Source: Nitrospirota bacterium
Lineage (GTDB): Bacteria > Nitrospirota > Thermodesulfovibrionia > Thermodesulfovibrionales > Dissulfurispiraceae
Length of the DNA: 64,000 bases
Direction of reading: 5' to 3'
NCBI GenBank assembly: GCA_963710375.1
Contig: CAVPZX010000005.1
Location: forward strand, 160,001 to 224,000
Shown here in pieces: positions 61,478 to 64,000 of this stretch (the first letter of the stretch is position 1; every line of letters begins with the position of its first letter). The translations under genes and the position numbers were made by a program. Below the pieces are notes generated by a model, which searched no databases, was not told the DNA's origin, and saw only the letters and a program-made list of their open reading frames with translations.

Positions 61478-62567
61478 ATGAAGCTGTCTAATTTTACTAA
61501 AGGCAGAGACAACAATTTCAATCTAATCCGGATTCTCGCAGCACTTTCTGTACTTATATACCACAGACTGCTTGCTGACAGCTACCCAGGATCCGGTGCT
61601 AGGGAGACTTGGCCTTACCCTGGGTTCAATTGGAGTTGATATTTTTTTCATTATTAGCGGCTTTCTTGTCACCGCCAGTATATTAAATAGACAAAGCGTT
61701 ATTGAATTTTTTTGGGCCAGAGTCCTTCGAATATTTCCGGCGCTGCTGATAATGCTGCTCTTGACCGTCTTCGTGCTTGGCAGTTTCTTTACCTCATTGC
61801 CTAAGATAACTTACCTGACCCAACCCATGACAATTAACTATTTTTTGAAAGGCGCAACCCTAATCACCGGAGTTGACTACATTTTACCGGGAGTTTTTAC
61901 CGGCAACCGATACGCGTACTATTTCAACGGGTCTCTTTGGTCGTTGCCCCTTGAAATAAGATTGTACTTAGCGTTGGCTGTTATATGGGTTGTGGTTCGA
62001 GCAATAAAGAGGAGTAGTTTAAGACTATTTCAAATAGCGATTGTTATTAATTTCGTTGCAGCTTTTGTTGTAGTTGCTCTTAATAACTTCGAAATGCATC
62101 ATATTTTTCCCCAAAGGGCCCACTTAATGTTCTTTTACGGTGCAGCCTTTTATATTCTGAAAGAACATATAACGCTATCTCGCTGGTGCTTCTGGTTGCT
62201 TTGTTTTGCTCTTCTGGCAGCAGCTATTACCAGTAAATATGTGTTCGTTATCACGTACGTGCTGATCGTTCCCTATATTGTATTCTACCTTGCATATATA
62301 CCTTCCGGATTCATCAGAAAATACAATCAAGTAGGGGATTACTCTTACGGCGTCTACATATATGCTTTTCCTATACAGCAATCAGTCGAAGCATTGGTTC
62401 CCGGACTTTCAGCTTTGTCTATGCTATGGATCTCAGCTTCCATTACTATCTTTGTGGCAGCACTTTCCTGGCATCTCTTAGAGCAACGTGCTCTCGGTTT
62501 AAAAGTACTTTACGTGGGTCACACCAAAAATACTCTCTCACGTTTCTTCCCTTATCACGTAAAATAA
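61478..62567 (+). pseudogene. Acyltransferase-3 (O-acetyltransferase) with an apparent +1 frameshift near 61567
   Basis: ATG 61478 gives R.NNFNLIR..AA..V..H; the other frame gives GVDIFF.ISGFL, R.LRIFP, NGSLWSL..E, SYG.YIY. Confidence 0.8.
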
Positions 62568-62635
62568 GATTCCCACGGCAGTATCCATGACCTCTGTCCG
62601 GCAAAAAGTCTTGAATTTGCTTAGTTCCCTATGTT

Positions 62636-62656
62636 ATTGTTCATATCATGAACAAT
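62636..62656. promoter_or_regulatory. Palindrome over the start codon, candidate auto-operator
   Basis: ATTGTTCAT-atc-ATGAACAAT. Confidence 0.55.
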
Positions 62657-63247
62657 GTTCCAGACTCGGAGAAGCGCGGTTCACTGCACATACTTACCGA
62701 ACTTTCTGACAATGACTCTCTGACCCAGAGGGACCTCAGCAGCAGCCTTGGCATAGCATTGGGCCTGGTGAACTCTTACATCAAGAACCTTATGGCAAAG
62801 GGCTTCATCACTGTCAAGGCCATACCACGCAGACGATACGCATATTATCTGACCCCAAAGGGTTTTGCCGAAAAGACCCGCCTTGCTTATGATCTTTTGC
62901 ACGATTATACGAGGATTTATCAGGAAGCGAGGTCAAATCTCAAGCGGCTGTTCGCCGAACTCAGTTCTGACGGCGTAAAGAGGGTAGTCTTTGCGGGCGC
63001 TGATGAGGTGGCAGAGATTGCGTACCTTACGCTGCTGGAGACGAACGTCGAGCTTACCGGCGTTGTTGATGAAGAAATGGCAGGAAAGAAGTTTTTTGGC
63101 AGGGATATAAAACCTTGTGCCGCAGTTGACAGCACGGCATATGATTGCATAATCGTTACTTCGTATCTTAAGAGGGAAACGATATATAAAAAGCTTATCA
63201 GCAGCAAAGTGAGGAAGGAAGACATAAAAGTCATCTTCCCTTTTTGA
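62648..63247 (+). CDS. MarR-type winged-helix regulator (EPS-associated) with a C-terminal Rossmann-like domain
   Basis: TQRDL...LG..LG.VN, Y.YYLTPKG..EK..L. Confidence 0.88.
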   Translation: MNNVPDSEKRGSLHILTELSDNDSLTQRDLSSSLGIALGLVNSYIKNLMAKGFITVKAIPRRRYAYYLTPKGFAEKTRLAYDLLHDYTRIYQEARSNLKRLFAELSSDGVKRVVFAGADEVAEIAYLTLLETNVELTGVVDEEMAGKKFFGRDIKPCAAVDSTAYDCIIVTSYLKRETIYKKLISSKVRKEDIKVIFPF

Positions 63248-63250
63248 AAC

Positions 63251-63282
63251 GCCTGCCGGTTTAAGGTTTTTTACCGGCAGGC
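63251..63282. terminator. GC-rich hairpin after the regulator
   Basis: GCCTGCCGGT ... ACCGGCAGGC; no clear U-tract. Confidence 0.45.
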
Positions 63283-63439
63283 ATTAGAGCGCCCTGAATG
63301 ACGGTACGGGCAACAGATAACTTATACGAACAGGCCACAAAAAGACCTGAATGGCGGCAGCCTGTTCGCTTTTTGGTTTGCTCATGGCAAAGCACCCGGA
63401 TTCCACTATCACGTCGGGGAATGACGTTAAGTATTCTTT

Positions 63440-64000
63440 ATGGGATTAAAGAATAAAAAAGTTTTAGTCACCGGGGCAGATGGCTTTATAGGCAGTCACC
63501 TTGTTGAGAAACTGCTCTCGGAAGGATGTCGTGTTAAGGCATTTGTTTATTACAATTCATTTAATTCCTGGGGATGGCTGGATAGCCTTTCTAAGGAGAA
63601 ACTGGAATGCCTTGAAATCTTCGCCGGCGATGTGAGAGACCCTAATGGAGTCAGGAAAGCCGTAAAAGGGGCTGATATAGTTTTTCATTTGGCCGCATTA
63701 ATTGGAATCCCGTTTTCATATCATTCACCTGATTCCTATATTGACACGAACATCAAAGGTACTCTGAATGTGCTCCAGGCTTGCAGGGATTTTGATGTAG
63801 GGCGGACTGTCATCACATCCACCTCTGAGGTATATGGGACAGCCAGGTATGTGCCTATAGATGAAAAGCATCCGCTTCAGGGGCAATCCCCTTACTCTGC
63901 TTCGAAAATAGGAGCTGATAAGATTGCAGAATCATTCTATCGTTCTTTTAACACCCCTGTTGTCATAGCGCGACCTTTTAATACCTATGGCCCCCGCCAA
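63440..64000 (+). CDS. NAD-dependent 4,6-dehydratase (LegB-like), truncated by the window end
   Basis: Translated by hand (not in ORF track): TGADGFIGSHL, YNSFNSWGWLD, HLAALIGIPFSY, QSPYSASK, RPFNTYGPRQ. Confidence 0.9.
   Translation, partial: MGLKNKKVLVTGADGFIGSHLVEKLLSEGCRVKAFVYYNSFNSWGWLDSLSKEKLECLEIFAGDVRDPNGVRKAVKGADIVFHLAALIGIPFSYHSPDSYIDTNIKGTLNVLQACRDFDVGRTVITSTSEVYGTARYVPIDEKHPLQGQSPYSASKIGADKIAESFYRSFNTPVVIARPFNTYGPRQ

Overview
Bacterial chromosomal window; gene content suggests Nitrospirota or a deltaproteobacteria-like anaerobe (inference only). It has housekeeping genes (mnmE, mnmA, holA, rpsT, nth, tgt, nrdJ, tRNA-Leu-CAA), surface-glycan clusters, a vapBC pair and a complete type II secretion operon directly upstream of a probable S-layer gene. 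Further on are rfbF/G/H and four TMTC-like (GT-C + TPR) paralogs. The main unexplained signal is about 25 loci of short-period (7- or 8-nt) tandem arrays from several sequence families, mostly paired as inverted arms that form hairpins. They lie between genes, supply start and stop codons, encode signal or leader peptides, and sit in frame inside conserved enzymes (RfbG, RfbH, Tgt, TMTC-like proteins), where every third unit is changed to remove an in-frame TGA. One set of arms brackets a four-helix-bundle (IVP/Avd-like) gene wedged between rfbF and rfbG, the best candidate protein partner. Four genes carry apparent +1 frameshifts that may be sequencing errors.
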